Shown here piece after piece: positions 26,203 through 38,768 of a DNA stretch of 64,000 nt. Position 1 is the first letter of the stretch. Every line of letters starts with the position of its first letter. The stretch comes from Octopus sinensis (lineage: Eukaryota): contig NC_043003.1 in the NCBI RefSeq assembly GCF_006345805.1, positions 1,798,001 to 1,862,000 of the forward strand. The letters run 5' to 3'. The translations under genes and the position numbers were made by a program. The notes beneath the pieces are model-generated. The model did not search any database. It was given only the letters and a program-made list of their open reading frames with translations, and was not told where the DNA came from.

Positions 26203-26439
26203 TACATTATTTACATTTGATGGATATTTTTCCTCATCTTGTTTGTTGTTAACACAACGTTTCAGCTGATATACCCTCCAGCCTTCATCAGGTGTCTTGG
26301 GAAATTTTGAAACTGGGTTCTCATTCCTAAGGTATTTTTCAATGTTATTATTATTATTATTATTCAGGTCACTACCTGGAATCCAACTCGGAATCTTGGG
26401 GTTAGTAGCCCACGCTCTTAACCACTATGCCATATGCCC
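26203..26439 (-). mobile_element. tRNA-headed SINE with hammerhead-ribozyme-like 3' region (family E), full copy
   Basis: Minus strand: GGGCATATGGCATAGTGG (A box) ... CCGAGTTGGATTCC (B box), (AAT)n spacer, hammerhead, tail. Whole insertion 26203-26803 flanked by a 12 bp direct repeat AACAAAATAATG. Confidence 0.8.
26251..26296 (-). ncRNA. Minimal type-I hammerhead ribozyme motif
   Basis: 5'-GACAC CUGAUGA A GGCUG gagggUAUAU CAGCU GAAAC GUU/GUGUU-3'. Core CUGAUGA and GAAA, stem II GGCUG/CAGCU, palindromic AC-GU stem III, stem I GACAC/GUGUU. Activity untested. Confidence 0.7.
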
Positions 26440-26458
26440 GTCAAATGTAAATAACTTA

Positions 26459-26770
26459 TCATCATCATCATCGTTTAACGTCCGTTCTCCATGCTAGCAT
26501 GGGTTGGACGGTTCGACCGGGGTCTGGGAAGCCGGAAGGCTGCACCAGGCTCCAGTCTTATCTGGCAATGTTTCTACAGCTGGATGCCCTTCCTAACGCC
26601 AACCACTCCGTGAGTGTAGTGGGTACTTTTTACGTTCCACCGGCACGGAAGCCAGTCGAGGCGACGCTGGCATCGGCCACGATTTGGATAGCGCTTTTTA
26701 CGTACCACCAGCCCAGGGGTCCTGGCAACTGCCGGGTGCCAGTCATAGGATTGGTTCAATTTCGATTCTG
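26459..26770 (-). mobile_element. Family C copy nested in the family E inverted tail
   Basis: Interrupts the tail between 26455 and 26781. Confidence 0.75.
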
Positions 26771-28049
26771 ATTTCGATTTCTCATCTCTTAAATATAGAA
26801 TTGAACAAAATAATGGTTTCCTTAGGTTACATTTATGTTTGTGAAATAGTTGCTTTGAATTTGCTTTAGAAAGAGGTCTATGTTTGTGATGGTTACTTGG
26901 GATGGGGGCGCTAGGGATGTGGCCTGTTCAAAAAAATTTAGGAACCACTGCTTTAAAAGGTGAACTTTGTAGCAAACAATTAGGGGTGGTCTCAGATGGG
27001 TTGGTGACAAAAAAGTTAACATAAATTGTCTTTCTAATACATCTGCTCCCGCATCACTCACAATGCATTGGATAACATACACAGCAGAACAGTAAGTTTG
27101 ATATCAGACCCTACTTGCCAAATAGAAGAATGAACCAACAAGAAGAATCTACTAGAAATAGCAGCTAAATTCAAACCACAACTTACAAAAAAAAACACAT
27201 TGGACACTATGTTATACTAATAAATACACCAAAAGATAGGATGGTCACGACTAGCATTGTTGACCAGAGGCCTTGTGATAGAGGGCTAAACTAGAACAAA
27301 CATAAGAGCAGATGGCTAGGCTTGGAAACAGATAAGGGTTGGTGACACAAACGGTATCTGGGCAATTCCAGCTGATCCATGCAAGCATGGAAAAGTAGGC
27401 ATTAAACCGTGATGATGATGATGATGACAACCCTATCACAAACATCCACTAACAATTCAGTGGATGGCTATCTTATTCAATAAGGATATCTAGTTTAGGA
27501 GTAGACCAGCAAAGGGGGTTTAATATCTTAACTTTTTGTTACCTATTTTTACAGTGAACCAGACGGGGTTAGTAGTGCAAATTGGTGCCACTTTAAATAG
27601 CTGCTGCCAGTGGGTGGCTGAAGAGATAAGACAAATTCTGGAGTTCATAGAACGTATCTGTGAATTGAACAAACTGGGTTGCTTTTGGTTTTTGTTTTTC
27701 TGGGATGCTATCTGACAGGAAATTGGTACTTCAGAGGACTGGGAGCGGAAGTGGCTAAGAAGCTGAAAGCCAAATTATCTTCAACATATGTGGGCAGATG
27801 TGAATGACTCCCATCTATCAGTTATCTTATACTGGTTTCAGTCACTGAACCATGACCATGCTGGGGCACTGCCTCCAAGAGTTTCAGTTAAACAAATTGT
27901 CTCCAGTACTTTCCTTTTTTAAAAAAAATCTGATACTAATTCCATTGGACTCTTATGCCAAACTGCTAAGTTATGGCCATGTCAACAAATCCACACAAGT
28001 TCTCAAGTGATGTTGGGAGGGGGAAAATACCTCACAAAGACACGCATAC

Positions 28050-28082
28050 ATGTGCATTATATGTGTGTGTGTATGTATACAC

Positions 28083-28113
<31 letters not shown>

Positions 28114-28902
28114 TATATATATGCACAAATGCTCTAATATCTATACATCATTGGTTTTTTTATCATCTCATTACACAAAAATACATATATACATATATAC
28201 ATACACACACACATATATACCCATATATACACATATATATACACCCATATATACATACATATATACACATACATATATACACATACATATAACACATACA
28301 TATACACACAAATACCTATATACAATACATATACACCAATATATACACACATATATATACACACATATATATATATACTACACTACATATATATACACCA
28401 TAATATAACATTAATACACATCTATATATACACACATATATATATACACACATATATACACACACATATATACAACAACACATATATACCACACACATAT
28501 TACACACACATATATACACACATATATACACACACAGATATACACATATATATATATACACCACAGATATACACATATATATATATACACCCACAGATAT
28601 ACACATATATATATATACACACATATATACACATATATATATACACACATATATACACCTATATATATATACACACATATATACATATAACATATAATAT
28701 ATACACACATATATAACCATATATATAATACACATATATATTATAAACACTTATACACATATATATATATACACACATATACACATATATATATATACAC
28801 ACATATATATATATATATATACACACACATATATACACACATATATATATAATCTATATACAACTAATATACACACAATATATATATAATATACACATAT
28901 AT

Positions 28903-28941
<39 letters not shown>

Positions 28942-28981
28942 TACACACATATATATATATATAATATATATACACATATAT

Positions 28982-29022
<41 letters not shown>

Positions 29023-29659
29023 TACACACATATATATATATATATATCCAACATATATACACTATATATATATATTATATATACACATATATACACATAT
29101 ATACACACATATATATATATAATATACACATATAACACATATTAATATATATATATACACATATATACACATATATACATATACATATATATACACACAT
29201 ATATATATATACACACACACACACATATATACACATATATACATACACACATATACATATACATACACACACACATATATACATATACATACACACACAC
29301 ATATATACATATACATACACACACATATATACATATACATACACACACACATATGTACATATACATACACACACACATATGTACATATACATACACACAC
29401 ACATATGTACATATACATACACATACATATGTACATATACATACACACACACATATATACATATACATACACACACACATATATACATATACATACACAC
29501 ACACATATATACATATACATACACACACACATATATACATATACACACACACATATATACATATACATACACACACACATATATACATATACATACACAC
29601 ACACATATATACATATACATACACACACACATATATACATACACATACACAAATACATA

Positions 29660-29691
<32 letters not shown>

Positions 29692-30227
29692 CATATATAC
29701 ACACACACATATATATACACACACACACATATGTATACACACATACACATATATATATATACACACACACACATATATATATATACACACATATGTACAT
29801 ATATACATATATATACACACATATGTACATATATACATATATATACACACATATGTACATATATACATATATATACACACATATGTACATATATACATAT
29901 ATATACACACATATGTACATATATACATATATATACACACATATATACATATATATACACACATATATACATATATATACACACATATATACATATATAT
30001 ACACACATATATACATATATATACACACATATATACATATATATACACACACACACACCTATATATACACACACACACACCTATACATATATATATACAC
30101 ACACACACCTATACATATATATATACACACACACACACCTATACATATATATATACACACACACCTATACATATATATATACACACACACCTATACATAT
30201 ATATATATACACACACACCTATACATA

Positions 30228-30263
<36 letters not shown>

Positions 30264-30298
30264 CACATACATATATACACACACATACATATATATAT

Positions 30299-30363
<65 letters not shown>

Positions 30364-30368
30364 TATAT

Positions 30369-30427
<59 letters not shown>

Positions 30428-30921
30428 CACATATACATATCATCATCATCGTTTAACATCCGTTTTTCAACCCGTGCTAGCGCGGAAAACGGACATTAAA
30501 CGATGATGATATACACACACATATATATACACATATATATATACACACACACACACATATATATATACACACACACACACACATATATATACATATATAT
30601 ATACACACACACATATAGTATACATATATATACCCACACACACATATATATACATATATATATAACACACCATATATATATATACAATATATATATATAT
30701 ACACACACATTATATACATATATCATATATATAATATACACACACATATATATACATATATATATATATATACACACACATATATATATACATATATATA
30801 TAATATACACAAACACACATATATATATACATATATATTATATACACACACAATATATATACATATATATTATATATACACACACATATATATATACATA
30901 TATATATATATATACACACAC

Positions 30922-30954
<33 letters not shown>

Positions 30955-31035
30955 CACACACATATATATATATACACACACACACATACATACATATACA
31001 CACACATACATATACATACACAAACACACACACAC
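28050..31035. repeat. About 3 kb compound (AT)/(AC) microsatellite-minisatellite in MTPN intron 2
   Basis: Alternating purine-pyrimidine throughout; five perfect 30-mers at 29791-29940. Confidence 0.95.
30439..30510. repeat. Inverted pair of family C tails inside the microsatellite
   Basis: ATCATCATCGTTTAACATCCGTTTT ... AAAACGGACATTAAACGATGATGAT. Confidence 0.8.
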
Positions 31036-31367
31036 AGTATTTAATTTTAGAAATATAATTCTAACTTTATAATTACGCTTTATTCATTTGTTTCAGCCAT
31101 TTGACTGCGGCCAAGCTGGAGCACCACCTTTAGTTGAACAAATTGATCCCAGGACTTATTCTTTGTAAGCCCAGTGCTTGTTGTCATGGCTACAAAGCAA
31201 TTTTGCCTGTGTACATGTTGAGAAGAAACCCATACCCTCCCTTAAATGGTACAATTGCAAGGGTAGCAGAGACTAACAACTCTACCACAGCATCTGAGAG
31301 AGTAAAAACAACAAAAACAAAATTCCCAACTAAAGTAGCCCTTTATCCACAACTGCAATTCCTTTAA

Positions 31368-31989
31368 CCCTTTCGTTACTGTATTTATTTTGAGATGCTC
31401 CATGGTCCTTCCAATTAATCTTTATATATAAACGTGAGGTTGTGTGAGTGTCTGTCTCCTACGATTTAGATTCCTAACTACTCCCACATTTTGCGGTGCA
31501 GTTTAACCAAAACCGGGTATCTTATAGTCGTGATTCATTTCGAGCCCTTCTGGGTATTAGTGTGCGTCCACGATGAGTCTACGATTTAAAAAAAAATTTA
31601 CCATCATTTTTTCCATTTTAATGCATTTTTTTCGCTATTATATAAGGGAGTAACTCTCGAATCTAAAATGTCTACAATGAGTCAGCATTTAAAAAAATTT
31701 ACCATCATTTTTTCCCCCATTTTTAATGCATTTTTTTGTATTTTTTGGCTATAACTCTCTAAAATGCTTATATAGTTATTTCCCTTACAAACCCAAGCAA
31801 CGCCGGGCGATACTGCTAGTTTTAAATATAACAAAGAATTTAGTAACATAACTTAGTTATAATTAAGCTAGTGTTAGGAACATAAATTGTGACTAAGGTT
31901 TGGTGGAAGATTCTAATTCAGAACTTATGAAAACAAGACATTTGTACTCAGAGCCAGAGGTGGTTTCAACCCGGTTAGTAACGAAAGGG
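31368..31989. mobile_element. piggyBac-type MITE with a nested Helitron
   Basis: Perfect 13 bp TIRs CCCTTTCGTTACT / AGTAACGAAAGGG with TTAA on both sides. Confidence 0.85.
31419..31819 (+). mobile_element. Non-autonomous Helitron
   Basis: A|TC 5' end, 3' GC-rich motif GCAACGCCGGGC then CTAG|T; inserted between A and T with no TSD. Confidence 0.8.
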
Positions 31990-32276
31990 TTAAAGTTTGC
32001 CATCCACAAAGCAAAAGATCCCTTCTTACAATACACAGCCTGCAAGCCTTCCTGCCTTCACCTAGCAACCAGATTTTCTGGTCCCTTACCTTAAGGATCA
32101 ACATACCTACCGATCCTTAACTAGGATGGCGCTGAAAGTATTACATCAGCTAAGAAACATTCCAGGTTTATTGCCCAATTTTTAACCCACTCCTACAACA
32201 CATAGTAGTAGTAGTAGTAATAGTAGTACTACTACTACTACTTTCTTCACTCTCATCATCATGATAACTATTATTT

Positions 32277-32477
32277 ACAGTTCTATATTTAAGGGATGAG
32301 GAATTATTTACATTATTTACGTTCAACAGATATTTGTCCTCATCTTGTTTGTTGTGGACACAACATTTTGGCTGATGTACCCTCCAGGATTCATCAGGTG
32401 TCTTGGGGAAATTTCGAACCTGGGTTCTCATTCCTATGGTATTTTTCGATATTATCATTATTATTATTATTATTATT
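32277..32477 (-). mobile_element. Family E inverted tail copy (headless), paired with 32496-32727
   Basis: Reverse complement of the family E body and tail; whole unit flanked by the 11 bp direct repeat ACTATTATTTA (32267-32277, 32727-32737). Confidence 0.8.
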
Positions 32478-32495
32478 CACTCCATAATTGCCCAT

Positions 32496-32727
32496 GGCCA
32501 TATGGCGTAGTGGTTAAGAGCACAGGCTACTAACCCCAGGATTCCGAGTTTGATTCCAGGTAGTGACCTGAACAATAATAATAATAACATCGAAAAATAC
32601 CTTAGGAATGAGAACCCAGGTTCGAAATTTTCCCAAGACACCTGATGAAGGATGGAGGGTATATCAGCTGAAACATGTTAACAACAAACGAGATGAGGAC
32701 AAATATCCGTTAAATGTAAATAATGTA
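32496..32727 (+). mobile_element. Family E SINE, full copy with degraded hammerhead
   Basis: GGCCATATGGCGTAGTGG A box, GAGTTTGATTCC B box, CTGATGA at 32642-32648. The GUH site region carries a deletion. Confidence 0.8.
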
Positions 32728-33679
32728 CTATTATTTAATGGCCATGTTTCATGCTAACATGGGTTGCATGGTTGACAGACTCAGACGAGCCCTAAAATGT
32801 GCCCCATGCTCCATTTGTCTGCTCTGGCATGGTCTCTATGACTGGATACTCTTCCTAACACCAACCACTTTATAATGTGTATTGGGTGGGGGGTTTTTTC
32901 ATGCCACTGGCAGTAGTGAAGCTGCCATGGTGTTTGCATGGCTATAAACTTCAAGTGGGGAAGGGAAACTTTATGGCTGGGGGAAGAGTGAGGTATGAGA
33001 GAAAGTTTGCTTTTTCTAATCAGTCAATTTCAACACCATAATTCACAAACATATCAAGTACTGGAAACTTTAAATCAACAAGGATAGGATGTTAGTCCAA
33101 CCAATGTCCCTGTTAATGCTTAACACAGACCTGCGCAGAATTTTGGATTAGAATGGCCACATAAGTTGGATTTTCTGTTTTGACAGGGATTTTTCCAACT
33201 TCTTTTTCCACTATGGCCTTCGAAATAGACATCTTTTCATGAAAATCTTTTTGAAAATTTATGATTTTTTAAAAATCTCACCCCCATCTTCTACTCGACC
33301 AGACTGATTTTAGTTAATTTTTTTGCCTTATGCACTTACAAAACCTCAAGGCCTTTTCAGTAGGAAAAAAAAAAGTAAATATTTTCAGACAAGAAAGGCA
33401 TGAAATTTAAAGGAGGTTTGTCTTATTTCTAGCACATCTCACAACCACATTGCCTCATTTTTTTGTCACTCTCAAATGTGTATGTATACATAGACTTTCA
33501 CAGTTTCCACCTACCAAATTCACTCACAAGGCATTGGTTGGCCCAGGGCTACAGAAGACACTTGCCCAAAATGCTATCACTCAGTGGGCCTGAATCTGAG
33601 ACTACATGGTTGCAAGGAGAGCTTCTTAACCACACAGCCATGCCTGTGCCTACAGTGAATATGAAGGTGTGTGCGTGTA

Positions 33680-33714
<35 letters not shown>

Positions 33715-34087
33715 AAGGGACAGAAGACCTTGTAATAGCAGAAATATAGAATGTATTTAATAAAAAATTAAAAACTGGAAAGCATAATGATGATTCAGCA
33801 GGGCCCAAACTGCTTAATCCCTTAAGCTCTATTCACAAAATATCATGTGACAACTGGTGCAAAAAAAAAGAAAAATGCTTGCCAACAGACGGCCTAATTT
33901 TGGGATTGTACTTGATATAAAAACATTATTTTATCAGATCATACATTTAGTTGCCATGGAAACCTCTAATGACCGTTACAGTTATCAGCAACTTATAACA
34001 CAATTTCTTGTAAATTATATAAATTAAGTGACAGTCCTCTCCTCACATTTCTTTTAGTTGAAAAGAATATAAGGGAAATTTTCATAT

Positions 34088-34455
34088 AGGGGTAGGAGTG
34101 GCTGTGTGGTGAGAAGCATGCTCCCCAGCCACATGGTTCCAGGTTCAGTCCCACTGTGTGGCACCTTTGGCAAGTGTCTTCTGCTATAGCCAAGGCCTTG
34201 TGAATGGATTTGGGAGACGGAAACTGAATGAAGCCCATCGTGTGTTTGTGTGTGTGTATATATATACACGTGTGTGTTTGTCCCTTGACAACCAATGTTG
34301 GTGTGCTTACGTCCCTGTAACTTAGTGATTTGGCAAAAGAGACCGATAAAATAAGTACTAAGCTTATAAAGAATAAGTCCAGGGATCAATTTGTTCGACT
34401 AAAGGTGGTGCTCCAGCATGGGCACAGTCAAATGACTGAAAGAAGTAAAAGAATA
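34088..34455 (+). mobile_element. Family B SINE (left member of an inverted pair)
   Basis: Full-length copy. Confidence 0.8.
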
Positions 34456-34503
34456 TTTTTCTTCTATAATCAAGATCTCGATTCCTTGTCTGTTAATTTA
34501 ATT

Positions 34504-34848
34504 TATTCTTTTATTTGTCTCAGTCATCTGACTGCAGCCATGCTGGAGCACCACCTTTGGTAAAGTAAATCGACCCCAGGACTTATTCTTTGTAATCCTA
34601 GTACTTATTCTATTGTTCTCTTTTGCTGAACCACTAAGTTATGGGGATGTAAACACACCAACATTGGTTGTCGAGTGATGGTGGGGGGACAGAGACACAC
34701 ACACAATGGGCTTCTTTCAGTTTCCATCTATCAAATCCACTCACAAGGCTTTGGTTGGCCTGAATCTATAGTAGAAGACACTTGCCCAAGGTGCCATGCA
34801 GTGGGTCTGAACCCAGAACCATGTGGTTGGGAAGCAAGCTACTTACCT
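34504..34848 (-). mobile_element. Family B SINE (right member of an inverted pair)
   Basis: Full-length reverse-complement copy about 50 bp from the + copy. Confidence 0.8.
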
Positions 34849-35221
34849 ACTCACTTTTTGCTGCATTTCACTAGTTTTTGCAGTATGTTTTACTAAAAAT
34901 TTCATACAGCATGTGTGTGTGTATTAGGGTATATATATTAGGTGCAAGTATGGACGTGTGGTTAAGAAGCTTGCTTTGCAACCACATGGTTTTAGGTTCA
35001 GTCCCACTGCACAGTACCTTAGGCAAGTGTCTTCTACTACAGCTCCAAGCCTATCAGTGCCTTATCAGTGAATTTGGTAGATATAAACTGTGTGGTGTGT
35101 GTGTGTGTGTGCTTGTCACCTACCTATGGCTTGACAACCCTTGCTGGTTTGTTTGCATTTCCATAACTTAGAGGTTCAGCAATGGAACATGATAGAATAA
35201 GTACCAGACTTCAAAAACATC

Positions 35222-35480
35222 GCCTGACCCCCATGCTGGTGGCACGTAAAAAGCACCATCCGATCGTGGCTGTTTGCCAGCCTCATCTGGCACCTGTGCT
35301 GGTGGCACGTAAAAAGCACCCACTACACTCACGGAGTGGTTGGCGTTAGGAAGGGCATCCAGCCGTAGAAACATTGCCAGATCGGATTAGAGCCTGGTGC
35401 AGCCTTCTGGCTTCTCAGACCCCAGTTGAACCGTCCAACCCATGCTAGCATGGAAAGCGGACGCTAAACGATGATGACGA
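35222..35480 (+). mobile_element. Family C retroposon with (GAT)n tail (representative; roughly 20+ copies)
   Basis: GTGGCACGTAAAAAGCAC repeats, GTTGGCGTTAGGAAGGGCATCCAG, tail GCATGGAAAGCGGACGCTAAACGATGATGA. Confidence 0.75.
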
Positions 35481-36066
35481 AAAAAAAAAACTGGTACTCT
35501 GAATTGTTTGACTAAGCCCTCTTCAAGGCAGTGTCCTGCCACGAACCACAGTCTAAGGAGTGAAATGAAGAGGTAAAAGATAATATTCCCAAGAAGAAAA
35601 ATTTACTTTTACACTTTGTATTTCATATTTTGCGCAAGGCATCTAGTCGTAGAAACCATGCCAAATCAGATTGGGGCCTGGTGCAGCTCCGCAACCCAGA
35701 TCAAACCATCCAACCAATGCCATGGACAACCAATGCTAAATTATGATGATGAACATCAGAAATTGATAAAAGTGAAGCAGTGAGAAATATTTCTGCATCA
35801 GGTGTGTTTATTTGCAAATGTCTTAAAAAGCTGGTTTATCAATTGGGTTTTATGAGTTGCAAAGGGAAACAAGCGACAGGATTAGAAGAGTTAAAGAACC
35901 TAAAACGATTAAAAACAAAACACGAGAGAAACTAAGAATTGTTTTGATGGCTGTACTGGTCCCTCCAGCATGGCCACAATTCAGGGGCTGGAATTGGTAA
36001 AAGAACGTTTGTATGAGTGATAAGATTTGGAGTTACAAGTTAGAGAAACAGTTCAGAAGTACTTAC

Positions 36067-36177
36067 ATTGATATCGGCTCCTTTAGTAACTAAGTATTTC
36101 ATGATCTCTATTTGTCCGTAGTCGGCAGCATAATGGATGGGGCATCGGCCTGAAATTTCTTCATTTACATCTGGATT
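36067..36177 (-). CDS. MTPN: Myotrophin exon 2 (ankyrin repeat)
   Basis: Polypyrimidine+TAG acceptor, 111 nt [43 protein letters not shown] donor. Not in the ORF track. Confidence 0.95.
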
Positions 36178-38768
36178 CTAGAAAATGAAAGAAAAATAAG
36201 AATTAAAAAAATAATAAAACTACACATCAGACAACACGAAAGAGGTGAATTTGGTCGGCTGACATTTAGTACAATTGGTGTTTCACACTTAGGTATAAAA
36301 CGTGTGTGTGTGTGTGTGTGTGCAGTTATGTGAGTCAGAGAAAAGAGAGGGAGGGAGAAGGAGGGGAGTCAGTGAAACGTATAGTGGAGGGGGGAGGTGT
36401 GCTTAGGAGAGGGAGGTAAGATTTAAAGAGAAGCACAAGTCAGAGTTAGGTTACTGGTGCTTGTAAATTGTGTAAATAAGATTTGAAAAGATCGGAGGAA
36501 GATAGTTGGTTGGGGCTTTGCAAATGGAAGTACATAGCATTAATAAAAATATAAAGAAAATCAAAAGAAAGTCGCTGTTCTAAGGTAAAGAATGTAAATA
36601 CCTGAGCCAGCCTGTTCCATTTGTAATAGCTGTAGCAGAGGCTGACAGGCAGCCATGCAGCCGGGACTGGAAGAAAGCTTTCACCGAAATAGCTTTTAAG
36701 TTATTTTAACATTAATGGAGTTTGTCTCAGGGGTTCAAATATTTAGAGAAGAAGCAGCAGAAAGAAAGACCATTGTTACGAAAGCTGAAGGACATACAAA
36801 AGTGCGTGTATTATATATACATACACACACACACATATATATATATGTATGTATACACACACTTTATTCTTTTACTTATTTCAGTCATTTGACTGTGGCC
36901 ATGCTGGAACACTGCCTTTAGTTGAGCAAATCGACCTCACGACTTATTCTTTGTAAGCCTATTCTATTGGCCTCTTTTGCCAAACTGCTAAGTTATGGGG
37001 ATGTAAACACACCAGCATGGGTTGTCAAATGATGTGGGGGGGGGGGCAATAAAAACACAGACACATACATACACATGTATATACATATATACGACGGGCT
37101 TCTTTCAGTTTCCGTCTACCAAATCCACTCACAAGGCTTTGGTCGGCCCGAGGCTATAGCAGAAGACACTTGCCCAAGGTGCCACGAAGTGGGACTGAAC
37201 CTGAAGTATGTGGTTGGTAAGCAAGCTACTTACCACACAGCCACTCCAGTGCCTATGTTGTGTCAAGGGACCACAAAGAATTTCGCAAACCAAATACAAA
37301 AATGAAATATGTACAAAAGAGAAAAAGGAGAATTTTGGATAATTCTGTATTGACACTTTCGCCCAGTTCACGGAGACTCTTCAGATGTCAGAAGAGTCTG
37401 CATGAATGGGACAAAAGTGCTGATCAAGAATTACCCAAAATTCTGTCTACCTATTTTTTCTCAAATAAAATCTGTACACCACTTCAAACGATCTACACAC
37501 ACACAGAGACAGATATACTCTGCATTTATTCATGCATAAGTTATGCTGTTTTGTATTTGATTTTAGCTGAAATAACCAGAATGTGACTCATACATGAGGT
37601 AAAGCTTATATCAAGCTTCAATATGAAGGGAATAAATTTGGAACCAAGAATTAGCACCGAATTAAGGGTGCAACTTGTACATGAATAAACACAACACATG
37701 TGAACAATCTGACAACCAAACTGAACAAAAAAAAAGGGGGGGGGGAAGAAAACTACTTGAAAAGCACATTCGTTTCAGAACAGTGGCCTTCGTCATAGTT
37801 TAATAAAAACTAAGCAATGTAACAAACATTGTGTGATGTAAGCCACACCATACACATTGCAAGCTAACAATAGAGCCTTTCTGTGTAGTTGCTGGACTTC
37901 AAGAGATAACACCCACTCCTTCCACTCTACCCCAATTAATCTCGACAATCTACAGAAGTGCAGACATGGGTGTGCCGTAAGTTTGCTTTCCAACCATGTG
38001 GCTCTGGGTTTGGTCCCACTGTGTGGAACCTTGGGCAAGTGTCTCCTACCATAGCTTTCGGACAACCAAAGCCATGCTAGTGGATTTGGTAGACTGAAAG
38101 CAAAGCAAACCCGTCGCATATGTGTGTGTCTGTGTGTTTGTCCCCCACCATCGCTTGGCAACCAATGTTAGTGTGTTTACATCCCCATAACTTAGTGGTT
38201 TGGCAAAAGAGACCGACAGGATAAGTACTAGGCTTACAAAGAATAAGTCGTGGGGTCAGTTTGTTCGACTAAAGGCAGTGCTCCAGTGTGGCCACAGTCA
38301 AATAACTGAAACCAATAAAATATTAAAAGAATTTCCTCCGACTCTGAAGCCACATTTTTTCTCAATTGTTTTTGCGAGTCTTTAGTTCCATTTTCATCTC
38401 GGTAAGACATTCCGACCATGGCTATTCCTTTCTTTTTTTTTGTTTTGTACATCAGGACTAAATCGTCCAATGTGTCCCTCTTTTACTTGTTTCACTCTGT
38501 GGCCATGCTGGAGCACTGCCTCAAAGAATTTTTAGTCAAATGAATTGACCCCAGGACTTAGTTTTTACTTAAAAGCTTGGTACTTATTCTATTGGTGTCT
38601 TTTGCTGAACCGCTAAGTTATGGGAATGTAAACACACCAACATTGGTTGTCAAGCAATGGTGGGGGACAAACACAGACGCACAAGGCTATAGTAGAAAAC
38701 ACTTGCCCAAGGTGTCATGCAGTGGGATTGAACCTAGAACCATGTGGTTGGTAAGCACTCCAAACACT

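Larger units (their letters stand above)
26087..26950. mobile_element. hAT-type non-autonomous element hosting nested SINEs
   Basis: TIRs CAGTGGTTCCCAAA / TTTAGGAACCACTG and an exact 8 bp TSD CTTTAAAA. Confidence 0.8.

Noticed and set aside
28007-31072. Many long ORFs (up to 375 aa) of Y/I/H/T or C/V/Y/M
   Set aside because: Translations of (AT)/(AC) microsatellite that lack stops by composition. The same applies to 53192-54241 and 3749-4384.
32496-32570. tRNA gene (ACT anticodon-like loop)
   Set aside because: SINE head: no proper acceptor stem or T-run terminator, and it is fused to the same repeat body in every copy.
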